A stretch of 63,735 nt of DNA, filler included, from Octopus bimaculoides (GCF_001194135.2; 6 parts of 5 records of this genome joined end to end with filler, not necessarily neighbours in it), one strand, 5' to 3'. Positions 25,275 through 37,643 are shown, counted from the whole stretch's first letter. Notes: a model not told the origin generated them from the sequence alone. Numbers and translations are program-made.

Positions 25275-27139
25275 ACGCATCTTTCTAGAAAGTGGGCATT
25301 AATTTTGTCGTGCTTTTGATCTCTGTTAGACGTAAGTCATCTTGTTAAATATTTGTTGAAGGTCTCCCTTCGTAGGTGTACCCAAGATTATTGATTGTTG
25401 CTGTTACTGTTCAAATTTATGTTACTGTTCTCGTTAAGTTGCTTGTTTTCGTCACATTGTGGCAAAGATGGAGACAGTGCCAGCAGGGAGCCACAGTTAT
25501 GCGGCAGCGACTCGTAGAGGAATAGAGGTTGAAGGTGTGGAGGTGAATGAAGTAAAAGTTGATCCGAAGAAGATGAAAGTATGTAAGAACCTATTGAAAA
25601 TGGAGGGAACCATGTTGAAATTAACGCCGCCAGAGGATCTCACAAACGGTGTAACAAAGAGAACGGTAATTTTTAAAACACTGAGGTTGTCAACAAGGAT
25701 GATAGAAATAGCAACGATTGAGGCTATTGAAGAATTCTTAAAGGAAATAAAAAAAAGCTAACTACGTTTATCACTAGAGGGAGGAAGTATGGCACAGTGG
25801 AGGTGCATTTCGTGATGGAGGACGAAGCGATAAAGCACTCCACGAAAGCCATACGAATGGAAGAATAGGTACTTTTGCAGACGTACTGTGACAAGCGTGT
25901 TGCCAGGGTGAGAGTTGTCAAAGTCCACCCAGGGATGAAGGAAACATGGCTGATGGCATCCATAATGTTTATCATGGAGGAGGAGGCCAAGATACCCTAG
26001 GCAACGTGAACAAAAAGGTTGAATTATTGGGAGTATGGCATAGAGATGGCCATACAAGCGAGTTGGGAAGATCTCAACAGCATTGCAGAAGAAATAGTTC
26101 TGCCCGAGGATATAAGGCTGAGAGTAGTGCTGGGGGATAGGCCTCCCACATGCTACTCATTTGGAAAGAAAGGCCACATGAAGGCGAGGTTCCCCAAGAG
26201 AGAAAAGGAGCAGCAGATGGAACGGACAGAGGAGCAGAAGAGTATGGACCAAGTGGTACACTTCGAGGTAAAGGAGACAAGAACAGAGGAGGAATTCCCG
26301 GTAATGAAAAAGAGAAAGAGAAGTGAAAGAGTAAGCTCTCCGCCAGAGAGCCAGAAAAAGAAAAAAAGAAGTGGTTAAGGTGGTAGAGACAGAGGTTGTG
26401 AAGAAATTCGGAAGGGAGGAAGATGACAAGATGTTTGACAAGGAGTTTGGAAAGGAGCGTGAAGAGGGGCTGAAGGAGGAGTTTCAGAAGGAGAAGACAA
26501 CAGCAAAGACACTAGTTATACCAGGGGAGGAAAAGGAATTAGGCGAACAACTGTATAAGGGTGAAATGGCGACACTATTCAGAGTGGAGGAGGAAAAAGA
26601 AAAAGTACCAGGAGTAGAGGAAGAAAATGGAAAGGAAGGCGAAAAAATACCGATGGAATTTTGTAACATACACTAAAAATAAAGAAACTGAGCGGTGTAT
26701 AATGAAATTTAAGTCCATTATAAGGGTGAAGTTGCCCACAGATGTTTATTGGGAGAACGTGGAGACCATTTTGGTCGACAAGGAGAGGTACAACAGGCTG
26801 AAAGATATGTGTGGAAAAGGGATTCACCCAATTGAAAGATCTTGAACCTTTTATGAGATATTAAAAGAAGGAGCAAAGTAAGTAAAACTGTTCAATTTAA
26901 AAAAAAAAGGGGGGGAAACGAGGATGAAGAAAAAAACAAAAGGAAAGAATGAAAGATTATAAACTCTGCATCTAAACGTTCCAATGTTACTGCATGAAAA
27001 TGGGGCTCATGCAACCATTTAATTTCTATTATTATATAACATCATTTCCATTCGTTTTATGTTTTGTCCCCACTGTGGTGTTCTGTCTTTCTTGTGCTGT
27101 CCCCTCTGTGTAATGGCCGTACTACCAAAATAAAGAAAG
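25275..27139 (+). mobile_element. Tx1/L1-like non-LTR element reduced to a frameshifted ORF1 and 3' tail, inserted in the Gypsy 5' LTR
   Basis: 8-bp direct repeats AGAGATAG at 25267-25274 and 27140-27147. ORF1 pieces include a decayed zinc knuckle GDRPPTCYSFGKKGHMKARFP and a K/E-rich tail. 3' end TGTCCCCTCTGTGT...AATAAAGAAA. Confidence 0.78.
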
Positions 27140-27329
27140 AGAGATAGTCGTGTCTTAACTGGCTTTACTAAGTAAAATTGTATACCGAAGTCGGCGGTAT
27201 AACAATCCAACCTTTTGAGGATTATAACAGTGGCGACCAGGATTTTAAGACCTCACGAGGAGTTAACATACAAAATCTTTAGTTGTGCGAATTTTACGAA
27301 AAAAGTCATAAAGTTATTGAAAATCTTTT

Positions 27330-27905
27330 TGGCCCGTTTGCTCGAGTTGCAACATCAGCAACAAAGAACAACAACAGCTGAGCTACAACAACAATGAAAG
27401 AACAACAACAGTAGTTGGTACAAGTGAATGGTTAGTAACAGAAGCAACAACAACAACAAACAATATTACAGCAACAGATGCTGCTAACTAATGAAGTTGT
27501 TAGGAATGTCAGTAAAAGTGTTCTCGAGAGATTATGTCGCGAACTCCGGAACCGAGTTCAAATACGAACCTGACGAAATAGTTACCCACGAGGCATACTA
27601 CAGAAGATATGAACAAATCTTCGATAAAGAATATAAAGATTGGGATGACGAGATGAAAACGCGCTTAATCTCGAGAAAACCTGCGGCAAGAGAACATGAG
27701 CGATACAGTAATTATGTACTCCCAAGAAAACCTTGGGACATAAACTTTAATGACACAATAGATATATTGTGTAAAATTTTCAGTGCAAAAAGCTCATTGT
27801 TCAACACATGTTGGATGTGTCTGAACATGAAGATTATATCACATATGTTGGTAGCGTTAACGGAGAAGGTGAGAAGTTCAAGCTGTACGAAATAACGCCA
27901 GATAT
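27330..27905 (+). pseudogene. Gypsy (Mag/K02A2.6-like) gag remnant
   Basis: Q-rich leader, then EFKYEPDEIVTHEAYYRRYEQIF...WDDEMKTRLISRK...HERYSNYVLPRKPWDINFNDTIDILCKIFSAKSSLFN; lies just downstream of the PBS. Confidence 0.8.
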
Positions 27906-27910
27906 ACTGT

Positions 27911-28087
27911 TCTATATTTTAGACTTGAAGAATTCCGTACATTATATACGTTGGACGTATATGTGTCTCCATCTTGTCTGTTGTTCCCACAACGTTTCGG
28001 CTGATTTACTCTCAAGCCTTCATCAGGTGTCCTGGTAGAATTTTGTCCCCAACCTTGGGTTCTCATTCTTAAGGTATTTTTTTCTTA

Positions 28088-28139
<52 letters not shown>

Positions 28140-28760
28140 TATTTATTCAAGTCACTTCCTGCAATTGAACTCAGAATCTTGGGATTAGTAGCTCAGGCTA
28201 CTAATCCCAATTATACAGTGGATTTAAGGGCTTACAAACCTAATATTTTTGTATGCTTCCTGAATACTGGTTCCCATATTCTACTCATATCTGCACTAGG
28301 TCTCCTTATTGTGTCCTAGCATTTATGCTGCTTCTTTTAGTTTTCGTATTTTCCAGTGGTGTTCTTTGTCTATTAGGTTAACTTCATCCCACAGAGGAAG
28401 GTAGTCTCCATTTTTCCATACATGATTAACTATACCCGATGATTCAACATCTCCTCGTGTCACAGACGTACGATGTTCCTATACCCTTATTTTGAGTAGA
28501 AGACATGTTTCGCCTTTGTATAGCCTACCACAACGCAGTCTTTGGTCATATTCTCTTCTATTGATGGTTTTACTCGAAGCGGATATTTGCGAAGTGATGC
28601 ATAATTCTTAAATACTGTCCTGATGTCATATGGACCGCATATCTTTTGAATGTTTACGGAGAGGCCTTTCATATAGGGTAGACATACTGTAGACAGTTTA
28701 TGAGTTTCATCCTCTCTTCTCTTGGAGTGGATAGTATGCTTTTTGTGTAGTTTTTAAGAG
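27911..28760 (-). mobile_element. 5'-truncated Penelope/Poseidon-type PLE (linker, GIY-YIG C-terminal part, pseudo-LTR) inserted in the Gypsy body
   Basis: LPYMKGLSVNIQKICGPYDIRTVFK...KDCV and SGIVNHVW...EHHWKIRKLKEA. Flanked by TATACTGT at 27903-27910 and 28761-28768 (candidate TSD). Confidence 0.8.
27987..28030 (-). ncRNA. Minimal type-I hammerhead ribozyme of the PLE pseudo-LTR
   Basis: Reverse complement CAC CTGATGA AGGCTTGA-gagtaaa-TCAGCC GAAAC GTT GTG: canonical CUGAUGA/GAAA core, stem II, palindromic AACGTT helix III, GUU cleavage triplet, CAC/GTG stem I. Confidence 0.72.
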
Positions 28761-28768
28761 TATACTGT

Positions 28769-29248
28769 GTGACACCAAATCCGAATAAACTAGCAGATAG
28801 CAAAGGGAAGCAAAACCAGTCTTTGATAAATTGTTACCTGGCAAGAAAGAAAAAGGAAATGTGCCAGGGAAGACGATTCTTTAAAATTGGTGAAAAGATG
28901 TATAAGATGGCATATATGAATGGAAAACAGAGTTCGGAATATGGCGTAATTACCAAATTCATAGGTAAAATGATATATTGGATAAAAATTAGCAAAAGCG
29001 TAAGTAAGAAACACATGAAAGAGTTGAAAAAAAAGAGATTCAGGGAAAGCGAACCGAAGAAGTTGGAGGAACCGATGGAATTGTTGTGTGACACGTTTTA
29101 TGTACCAACACCACTGCAGGTGATTGACCCCAGGCGTACAAATGAGAGGAAAAGAAAAAAAAATGAGTTCCTCAAAAAAATGCCAAGTCCCAAAACTATT
29201 AATTTGTACGATAAACAAACCAAAGAAAGGAGGTGGTGTAAATATTAA
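28769..29248 (+). pseudogene. Gypsy integrase C-terminal remnant
   Basis: FFKIGEK...GVITKFIGKMIYWIK...KKHMKEL...LLCDTFYVP aligns by eye with 48300-48713 (GIVCQRIKQAIYNV...KRHVNQL...VLVDTFYL); followed by a purine tract and LTR. Confidence 0.7.
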
Positions 29249-30577
29249 AAAAATGTTATTGCTAAATGAAATGACACTTCTTAAGAAAAAATAAAAGTGG
29301 AGATGTTGTAGGGAATTATTTATAATGGTAAAGCCCTCCCACGTGATGAATATAACATCTTATTCACTAAAAGTAAAGAGAATACGTAGCAGGCGGTCAG
29401 AGCTGGTCGTGGTTTTGCTGATCAGAGATTGTCGTGTCTTTACTGGTTTTATTTACTAAACCGAAGTGAGCATTATAACAATGCAACATTCTACCGATTA
29501 TAAAACACACACACACACACCCATATATACATACATATATATGAGTGTATAAATACAGGTTTGGCATAAGGTCACCCGACAGTAAATCAAAATTCCCTAA
29601 ATACTTAATATTCAATTTTATTTATTCATTTAGAAAAATAGTGTCGCTCCATGAATTAATCTTGGAATTAAATGGTTTTAATTTTCTCTCAGGTGACTTT
29701 TGGCCAACCCTGTGTATATATAGAANNNNNNNNNNNNNNNNNNNNNNNNNNNNNNNNNNNNNNNNNNNNNNNNNNNNNNNNNNNNNNNNNNNNNNNNNNN
29801 NNNNNNNNNNNNNNNNNNNNNNNNNNNNNNNNNNNNNNNNNNNNNNNNNNNNNNNNNNNNNNNNNNNNNNNNNNNNNNNNNNNNNNNNNNNNNNNNNNNN
29901 NNNNNNNNNNNNNNNNNNNNNNNNNNNNNNNNNNNNNNNNNNNNNNNNNNNNNNNNNNNNNNNNNNNNNNNNNNNNNNNNNNNNNNNNNNNNNNNNNNNN
30001 NNNNNNNNNNNNNNNNNNNNNNNNNNNNNNNNNNNNNNNNNNNNNNNNNNNNNNNNNNNNNNNNNNNNNNNNNNNNNNNNNNNNNNNNNNNNNNNNNNNN
30101 NNNNNNNNNNNNNNNNNNNNNNNNNNNNNNNNNNNNNNNNNNNNNNNNNNNNNNNNNNNNNNNNNNNNNNNNNNNNNNNNNNNNNNNNNNNNNNNNNNNN
30201 NNNNNNNNNNNNNNNNNNNNNNNNNNNNNNNNNNNNNNNNNNNNNNNNNNNNNNNNNNNNNNNNNNNNNNNNNNNNNNNNNNNNNNNNNNNNNNNNNNNN
30301 NNNNNNNNNNNNNNNNNNNNNNNNNNNNNNNNNNNNNNNNNNNNNNNNNNNNNNNNNNNNNNNNNNNNNNNNNNNNNNNNNNNNNNNNNNNNNNNNNNNN
30401 NNNNNNNNNNNNNNNNNNNNNNNNNNNNNNNNNNNNNNNNNNNNNNNNNNNNNNNNNNNNNNNNNNNNNNNNNNNNNNNNNNNNNNNNNNNNNNNNNNNN
30501 NNNNNNNNNNNNNNNNNNNNNNNNNNNNNNNNNNNNNNNNNNNNNNNNNNNNNNNNNNNNNNNNNNNNNNNNNNNNN

Positions 30578-30610
<33 letters not shown>

Positions 30611-31832
30611 CATATATGTATATATATACACACACACACATTCATATACATAAATACATGTATATGTATGCGTACGTTGTATATAAAGCTATGAGTTACT
30701 AATTGTTTTATACATTGAAGATGTTATCATGGCAGGTTTTAATAACACGACTTGTGTCTCCATTAAAGTTGCAGGACAATGGAGCAAAAGAATTTACAAG
30801 AAGAAAATAGACAATGGTTAATGCAAAAAGTGGAAGGGTGAAGAAGAAACGAATATGAAACGAAGAAAGAAGGAAAATATTGAGATATGTCCTCTTTGGA
30901 CGTAATAGCATAAGGCTAATTATCGTAGAATCAAAAGAAGGTGTCTAAAGCGACACGGCTGCTCAATCAGGAGGTTATTGCGTCCTCCGATTCGCCGAAC
31001 GAAACTTGTCTGAAATTCAGCTGTGCAGTGGGATTAAACATTTCATTTATCCATTAACCTATGGCATACATTTTTCTACAGTTTTCTAGTAGAATATATG
31101 TAGCATGCTGTTGGTCTTCAAAGCCCAAACTTGGCGAACCAATTACTGGAAAGAAGATAGGTGTTTAGCATGGCCACTTTTGAAGTTGCCTTCACATAAT
31201 CCCATGTTAATCTTCTCTCTTTGACCAGGATATCACGTAGGGACGTTGTGACGTCTGCATCATATATGACGGAGTTTATCATGCATCGCTCGATCTTGCC
31301 CAGTGTTCTTTCCTTCACTGTAATGAATTATCTCAGGTTTGGTTCGTTATATTACAATTTTCTGTGTATTACTCATAGTTGTAACTCCAGTGCTTTGGAT
31401 ACGCATTTGTCGGCATGTTAAAGAGGTAACTGATATTAATTCAGTGACCACTAGATAAATTTAGCATAAAAGTATTTCCCTACTTTCTTCATTTGAAGTG
31501 TGTACGTCTTTCTCACGGACTCTGAATATATATATATTTATATGTGTGTGTGTGTTTTTGTTTTGTGTGTGTGCATGTGCAAATGCGTGTTTACATCTAT
31601 ATATACAATGGCTGTCAAATCAGAAGAATATGACAACCATATTGACATGATTCGGTGATAGGTCGACGCAAGATATCCATTACCAATATGGATCGCAGTT
31701 TCAGGAATGTCGGAGTACCATGATTTCAAGCGCAAAGAAATAACTTCTATAATTTTTCGGGCCATTCCCTGCATATTTGTTTGTATATCAATGTGGTGTT
31801 CCTCCTGATTTGGGCTTATCAGAAAAAAGAAG

Positions 31833-31925
31833 GTGAGTGTCATTCCTTGTAGACTTCTAGCATGCAGTGCACCGATCCAAATTTATGAACCGGACATACA
31901 CTGAGTTCATCATTCCTTTTGACAG
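31833..31925 (+). other. Candidate 93-nt spliceosomal intron of an unidentified host transcript
   Basis: AAG|GTGAGT donor, CTGAG branch-like site at ~31901, and TTCATCATTCCTTTTGACAG|G acceptor. Splicing joins ...VVFLLIWAYQKKE-G-LVLNSTELLRTLFASLTRR in frame. Confidence 0.5.
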
Positions 31926-32217
31926 GTCTTGTTCTTAATAGTACAGAGCTTCTAAGAACTCTCTTCGCCAGTCTAACCAGGAGGTGATGACAGTTTAGTC
32001 GTTCACGGACAGACTATGCAATAGGTTGCATGGATCAATGCTACCAGTAGCACTCACGAGAAACCTCATACTTCGTCCGATTGCTGAATGTATGAAATGT
32101 TTAGAAGATTTGAACACGGAGAGAGGAACTGCCCTTTTTCAAATACATGAAACCATTTATTTCGTTCTACTCTCCACAATATCTCTATCAACGCCTTCCC
32201 CATGCACACTCACATAC

Positions 32218-32267
<50 letters not shown>

Positions 32268-33723
32268 GCACATACACACATACACAGAGAGACGTTGGCC
32301 ATTAAATCACTGTCCATCTATTTTACTCCNNNNNNNNNNNNNNNNNNNNNNNNNNNNNNNNNNNNNNNNNNNNNNNNNNNNNNNNNNNNNNNNNNNNNNN
32401 NNNNNNNNNNNNNNNNNNNNNNNNNNNNNNNNNNNNNNNNNNNNNNNNNNNNNNNNNNNNNNNNNNNNNNNNNNNNNNNNNNNNNNNNNNNNNNNNNNNN
32501 NNNNNNNNNNNNNNNNNNNNNNNNNNNNNNNNNNNNNNNNNNNNNNNNNNNNNNNNNNNNNNNNNNNNNNNNNNNNNNNNNNNNNNNNNNNNNNNNNNNN
32601 NNNNNNNNNNNNNNNNNNNNNNNNNNNNNNNNNNNNNNNNNNNNNNNNNNNNNNNNNNNNNNNNNNNNNNNNNNNNNNNNNNNNNNNNNNNNNNNNNNNN
32701 NNNNNNNNNNNNNNNNNNNNNNNNNNNNNNNNNNNNNNNNNNNNNNNNNNNNNNNNNNNNNNNNNNNNNNNNNNNNNNNNNNNNNNNNNNNNNNNNNNNN
32801 NNNNNNNNNNNNNNNNNNNNNNNNNNNNNNNNNNNNNNNNNNNNNNNNNNNNNNNNNNNNNNNNNNNNNNNNNNNNNNNNNNNNNNNNNNNNNNNNNNNN
32901 NNNNNNNNNNNNNNNNNNNNNNNNNNNNNNNNNNNNNNNNNNNNNNNNNNNNNNNNNNNNNNGTGTGTGTGTGTGTGTGAATATATGTGTCTATGGGGTG
33001 TCGGGAGATGTGGTGATTGTCTGCATATGCATGCGTGTATATATGTAAATGATTATCTATGTCAATTATTTTATTGATAAATATATCGCCAGTTGTACTG
33101 TCATTGAAAACTCCAAATATATGATGAGATTCATCATATTTATTTCTACTTTGAGAAGATATTTCTCTCAGAAGTCTGTTTACTTCATTATGATGAATAA
33201 ACAAATCTTTATTCCTGTACTTTAACTAAAGTCATTAGAAATAAATTCATTTTAAATGACTATCGTCAAATAGACTCCGAATTTATTGACAAAGAAAGAA
33301 ACCGAAGTTTTGAAGAATAAACAAATTGTCAGAGCAAGATTATAACAAGGCGTTGTACTTTGGTCGATTTACGCTGAAAATAGTTGGGACAAACCCTCAA
33401 ATTGCACAATATCCTTTATAATTGGTTGAAATTTTACATGATACACTACTAGTAAATCCCGTCCAAAACGAAAACCTTATGGATAATCTGTAAAATTATA
33501 ACCCTCTTTAACTTGTCGGATACATTACAATGCTTTGATTGATCCGAAATTCCGTTCTTTAACTTCAAATTCTACTAAGAGAAATTTAAGTTTTTGTTTA
33601 TATAATTCCAATGACATTTCAAATGAATGTGCATATCCCGGGTACTGGATTCCCTTAATGGTAATAAAACCGGATCGGATATGTCGCGGTGTTTGTTAAT
33701 GGTTACTTAGATGGTAGACTTAC

Positions 33724-33868
33724 ACTTTTGCTCTGTCTGACATCACATCCTTTCACATACACTGACCACCCTGTAGCAAGGATTCCAGCCGTGTCTACCA
33801 TTTCCGGTTTCTGTCCTATCTATGTCCCAGCACTCTCGAAGTAGCTGTCAGAGAATCATGGCTACTAC
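33724..33868 (-). other. Exon-like 145-nt segment with canonical splice sites
   Basis: Acceptor TTTTTATTTCAATGAAAGTTTCAG and donor AGT|GTAAGT. Only the last part is open (MVDTAGILATGWSVYVKGCDVRQSKS). Confidence 0.25.
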
Positions 33869-34499
33869 CTGAAACTTTCATTGAAATAAAAACTGAAAGC
33901 TTGAAACATCTACACCCAAAGTCTGCTCGATCATAATAAAACTGTACTAAAAAACACAACACCAAACAATACATTGTCAGACAACTGGAGAGTTACTACC
34001 TCTTTCCTTGACCTGCTAGAAATAGCCGGGATTTCGATTTGAAAACATAACTTACCATTCCAGAATATGAATGACACTATTTGACTAAAAGTAAGCAGCA
34101 AAGGCTGGACCACTTGTGATTAAATACAGCATTACTTTGAGGGTTATTAACAATAATAACGAAAAGAAGAAAAAAAAACAGTCCGTTATGAAACCTGAGT
34201 TTAATTTCATTTTACGTAGACATTAACCTTTGTGATTCTGCTAAAACTGTAACAGTTACTCTAATTGTATAAAGCAAGTGAAACAAATTTCAGATTTGAT
34301 TTAAAAATTAGAAAAACTGACTTATTAATTGTCTGTAAACCATTTAATTCTTGCGATTGTCTGTGACTTTTAATACATTTTGGGAACAAATTTCTTCATG
34401 CCACGAAGTTAATTAACTATTTCTTAAGATACGAATTCTCATACCCAATTTCATCAAATTAAAAAAAAAAGTTTCGTTTTGGCGTTTTTTTCCCCCTTA

Positions 34500-35330
34500 C
34501 AAATCTGCCTGTCTCTTTTGGCTTTTGCCCTGTTCCAGATCTCATAAGTTGATTGAAAGGGTGATACTGATAAAAAGGGTATTTCCTGGTCGTGTTGTAG
34601 ATATCAAAATCAATCACATATTCAGTAATGATTATGTGGAGATTCTTTTGTGATAGAAAAAGATTGGCAAACATACTTCTGCTGCATAGAAACAGCTGCA
34701 GGTGTTTCTTTTGGTAACACGTATTGTTATGCACTGTGGCCCCATTTGAAGATATGCATAATTAGATCCTTGTGTTTAGTTCAATGAATATTCTATGTCT
34801 AACTTGAGTATACTATTTTAGACATTCAGTTGTAAAGAATCCTCTACATCTATCAGTAATATTATTGTTTCTGACAATGCCAACAATATATCATAGTTTT
34901 CTATTGTAATTTAATAGTTGCTACTGTGATGCTACTACGAGTCTTTCTGCTCTTCCCTAGGAACTGATTCTCTTACCTAGAATGCTGATGGTGATCTCCT
35001 TACTAATATCAGGTATTTTAAAACAGTTATCAGACAAAAACTCGTGTATCACTGGATTTTAAAAATATTTTTTACTTTTTATGGGATTGAATCTTCAGTG
35101 CGCTGAACTTAAATAAACCTAACGGATCCCTAATTTCAAAACAGAATTTCAGATTAGTGTGAGAGGGGGATTCAGTTTCTAATACTTGGAGATGAAAGAG
35201 GCTCATAGAAGCTCTGTCATTGTTCTGAGTAAATCTAGTGAATGCTTAACTGCAGAACACACGTGCTCAATTAAAACTATCATCATAAGGTGTTGCAGCC
35301 GTGTCTGTTTCTGTTTTCAAATACCATATT
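34500..35330 (-). mobile_element. Possible highly decayed LINE RT
   Basis: Stop-riddled frames with a YAAEVCL segment positioned like YADD; weak. Confidence 0.25.
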
Positions 35331-36547
35331 TCCTATTTTAAACATTTATTACAGAGGCCCTTTACCTATATATTTCGCAAAGAATAATTTGTGCTAATTC
35401 TGGTTGTTTCCCCTTATATATCGAGCGAAGGCACAGTGGATCCCTCGTACCTTATTATTGTGAAAGATATATGAAGATACTTGCTTCACAGATATTTAGT
35501 AAATACAATGTGATGAAAGATGTCAGGAAGAATTTGATTGCAGTTCGCTCTTCATCTTATATTCATTACTCATCGTTGAACAAGTAGACTAATTTAAAGC
35601 CCGTTGAGTCTATTATGCAGCGCCCTTCTTGCCCTTGCCCAGGCAAATGAAATTGAGTCCTATTTATTATATCATAAAGTGCATTGCCATACGCATAGCA
35701 TTTCTTGCCCTTGTTCTGAAATGAATATGCAAGCATCAGCTGTTTGTAGATGCTATATTTGATTAGAAAAAGGATTAAGAGACAAAGTAGCATTTTGCTC
35801 TATGAGATGCTCATATACAACTTTTATTAGTCTCTTCATTATCTAAAAGCAGTGTTGTAGGTTTTGAAAAACCAAGTCCAGCAAATGTTTCTTTTTAACA
35901 AATATATTCTCTTCAAACAATGTTTGCAGTCGCAGGTGTTTCGAGTTAATCGCTTTCCTTAAAATATTTTGCCTAAAATTCTAATAACTATATTCATATG
36001 CAATTAGATACGGTGAACAGCAATTAGCTTCCTGTCTTTTCCAATGACACTCAAGATCAAAATACATTTATATCTGAACAGAGATATAGACTATTGTGCA
36101 GAAACCAGTGTCATTTAAATCACTGAAAACGGATGCTTAAATTTGAGAATTAATGAGGCTGACAGACAAAGTATTAACAGAGAAATGTGTGTCATATTGG
36201 AATAATTACGTTTTCATTTGTGCATTTATACATATTTTTAATATGATTTTCCAATAGTATAGACTAGAGTGTGGTGCCTACTTCAATTTCGAGATGTAAT
36301 TAAAGAAATGTTATTACTTTCTCATTCATATCTATGAACATTGTGAAGAAAACTGTCAAATGCAACACAATAAGCAAGTGATATAATTGAAATAAAAACA
36401 TTTTTTTTTTTGCCTTTGCAATCAATTTTTGTGTAGCCAAGAGAGTAGGGAGGCCATATGAGGAAGTTGAGAAACATTTGTGAACATTTGGTGTAAATAT
36501 ACACTCACCCATTAAGACACGTGCGTATGCACATACACACAGATATA

Positions 36548-37020
36548 TACGAGGGCAAGTCAAAATTTACCCTCACTTTCGCCATAACATTATTGTCACG
36601 TTGCCTTTTGCGCATGCGTGCTTATAGTTAGTACTATTGTGGTCACGTGATCGAAGTGTGAGCCTGATCGCGCCATTTTTACACGGCTTTACAATGTAAG
36701 CATGGCCGCTTCATTAACAATGTGCACCAAAGTAGGACAAAGAAGAGCATTGCTCCGGTTTCTGTAGTCGGAAGTGTGTCAGGTGCTGAAATTCATCGGA
36801 GGCCTTTGGCACAATGTGAGGACAATGCATTATCGCGTAGAAGTATGTATGGGTGGATCGAGTGGTACGAAGAAGGAGCAGGACGAAAGGTACGAAGAGG
36901 GAGTCTGACGTACGAAGAGAGAGCAGGACGCCTGTTAACATCCACCACTGACGAGAAAATTCGGTAAGCTTGAAAGAGGATAATGGTGAAACGGTTCAAC
37001 ATTACCATCTGCAGAAGTCA
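36548..37020 (+). mobile_element. Mariner transposon 5' part: TIR and N-terminal HTH
   Basis: Starts TACGAGGGCAAGTCAAAA; frameshifted EIHRRPLAQCEDNALSRRSMYGWIEWYEEG resembles mariner/SETMAR-type HTH. Confidence 0.8.
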
Positions 37021-37092
37021 GTGTGACAATAATAAAGGTATGTTATGAGAAAAATGCAGATGAATTTTGACTTACACTCGTATTTCGTTAGT

Positions 37093-37124
<32 letters not shown>

Positions 37125-37168
37125 GATGCATACAAATATATATCTATATATATATATATAGAGAGAGT

Positions 37169-37232
<64 letters not shown>

Positions 37233-37643
37233 GAGCTACAGCCAGATAAATATATAGAGTGATATTTAATTATATATATATTTTTGTGTTTAGATTAGCA
37301 ATGGTGATACATAATTAATATTTCAACTTAACTGCCGTTAGTTTTTAGCTACGCTCATGATACTATCAGGGTATTCTGAATTCTGATGACGACATAATGC
37401 TCTACCTTTCATATTAATCACCTCTCGTAGTCACTTAATATTATCAGTTATAACAATATGAGGGAAAATGGGTGAAAGATACGTGAGTGGCTTCCCAGAC
37501 AGACCACACCCCAAACATGAGACGGGGATTACAGTAATCCTGATCTTTGTGTTCTTCTCACAATAGGTTGGTCGGATGAGAGTTGAACGCTTGAACTCCT
37601 TGCTGCACAGAACTGCATATTGCTTCCTTCAGTTCATTGTTTT

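Larger units (their letters stand above)
25177..29480 (+). mobile_element. Internally deleted Ty3/Gypsy LTR retrotransposon hosting two nested insertions
   Basis: Split 5' LTR (25177-25274 and 27140-27229), PBS TGGCGACCAGG at 27231, gag remnant 27330-27905, integrase tail 28769-29248, purine tract AAAAGTGGAGA, 3' LTR 29304-29480 (TG...CA). Flanks ATAC/ATGC form a candidate 4-bp TSD with one mismatch. Confidence 0.8.

Noticed and set aside
27019-27210. Minus-strand ORF suggesting a 5'-inverted LINE segment
   Set aside because: The plus strand reads as the element's own 3' tail, TSD and second LTR half; no inversion is needed.
33020-33204. Cadherin-like phrase FGVFNDSTTGDIFINKIIDID (minus strand), and YTLECRAQD at ~51170-51200
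   Set aside because: Too short, with no flanking cadherin motifs (DxD, DxNDN, PxF) and no consistent exon structure; a chance match in AT-rich DNA is likely.
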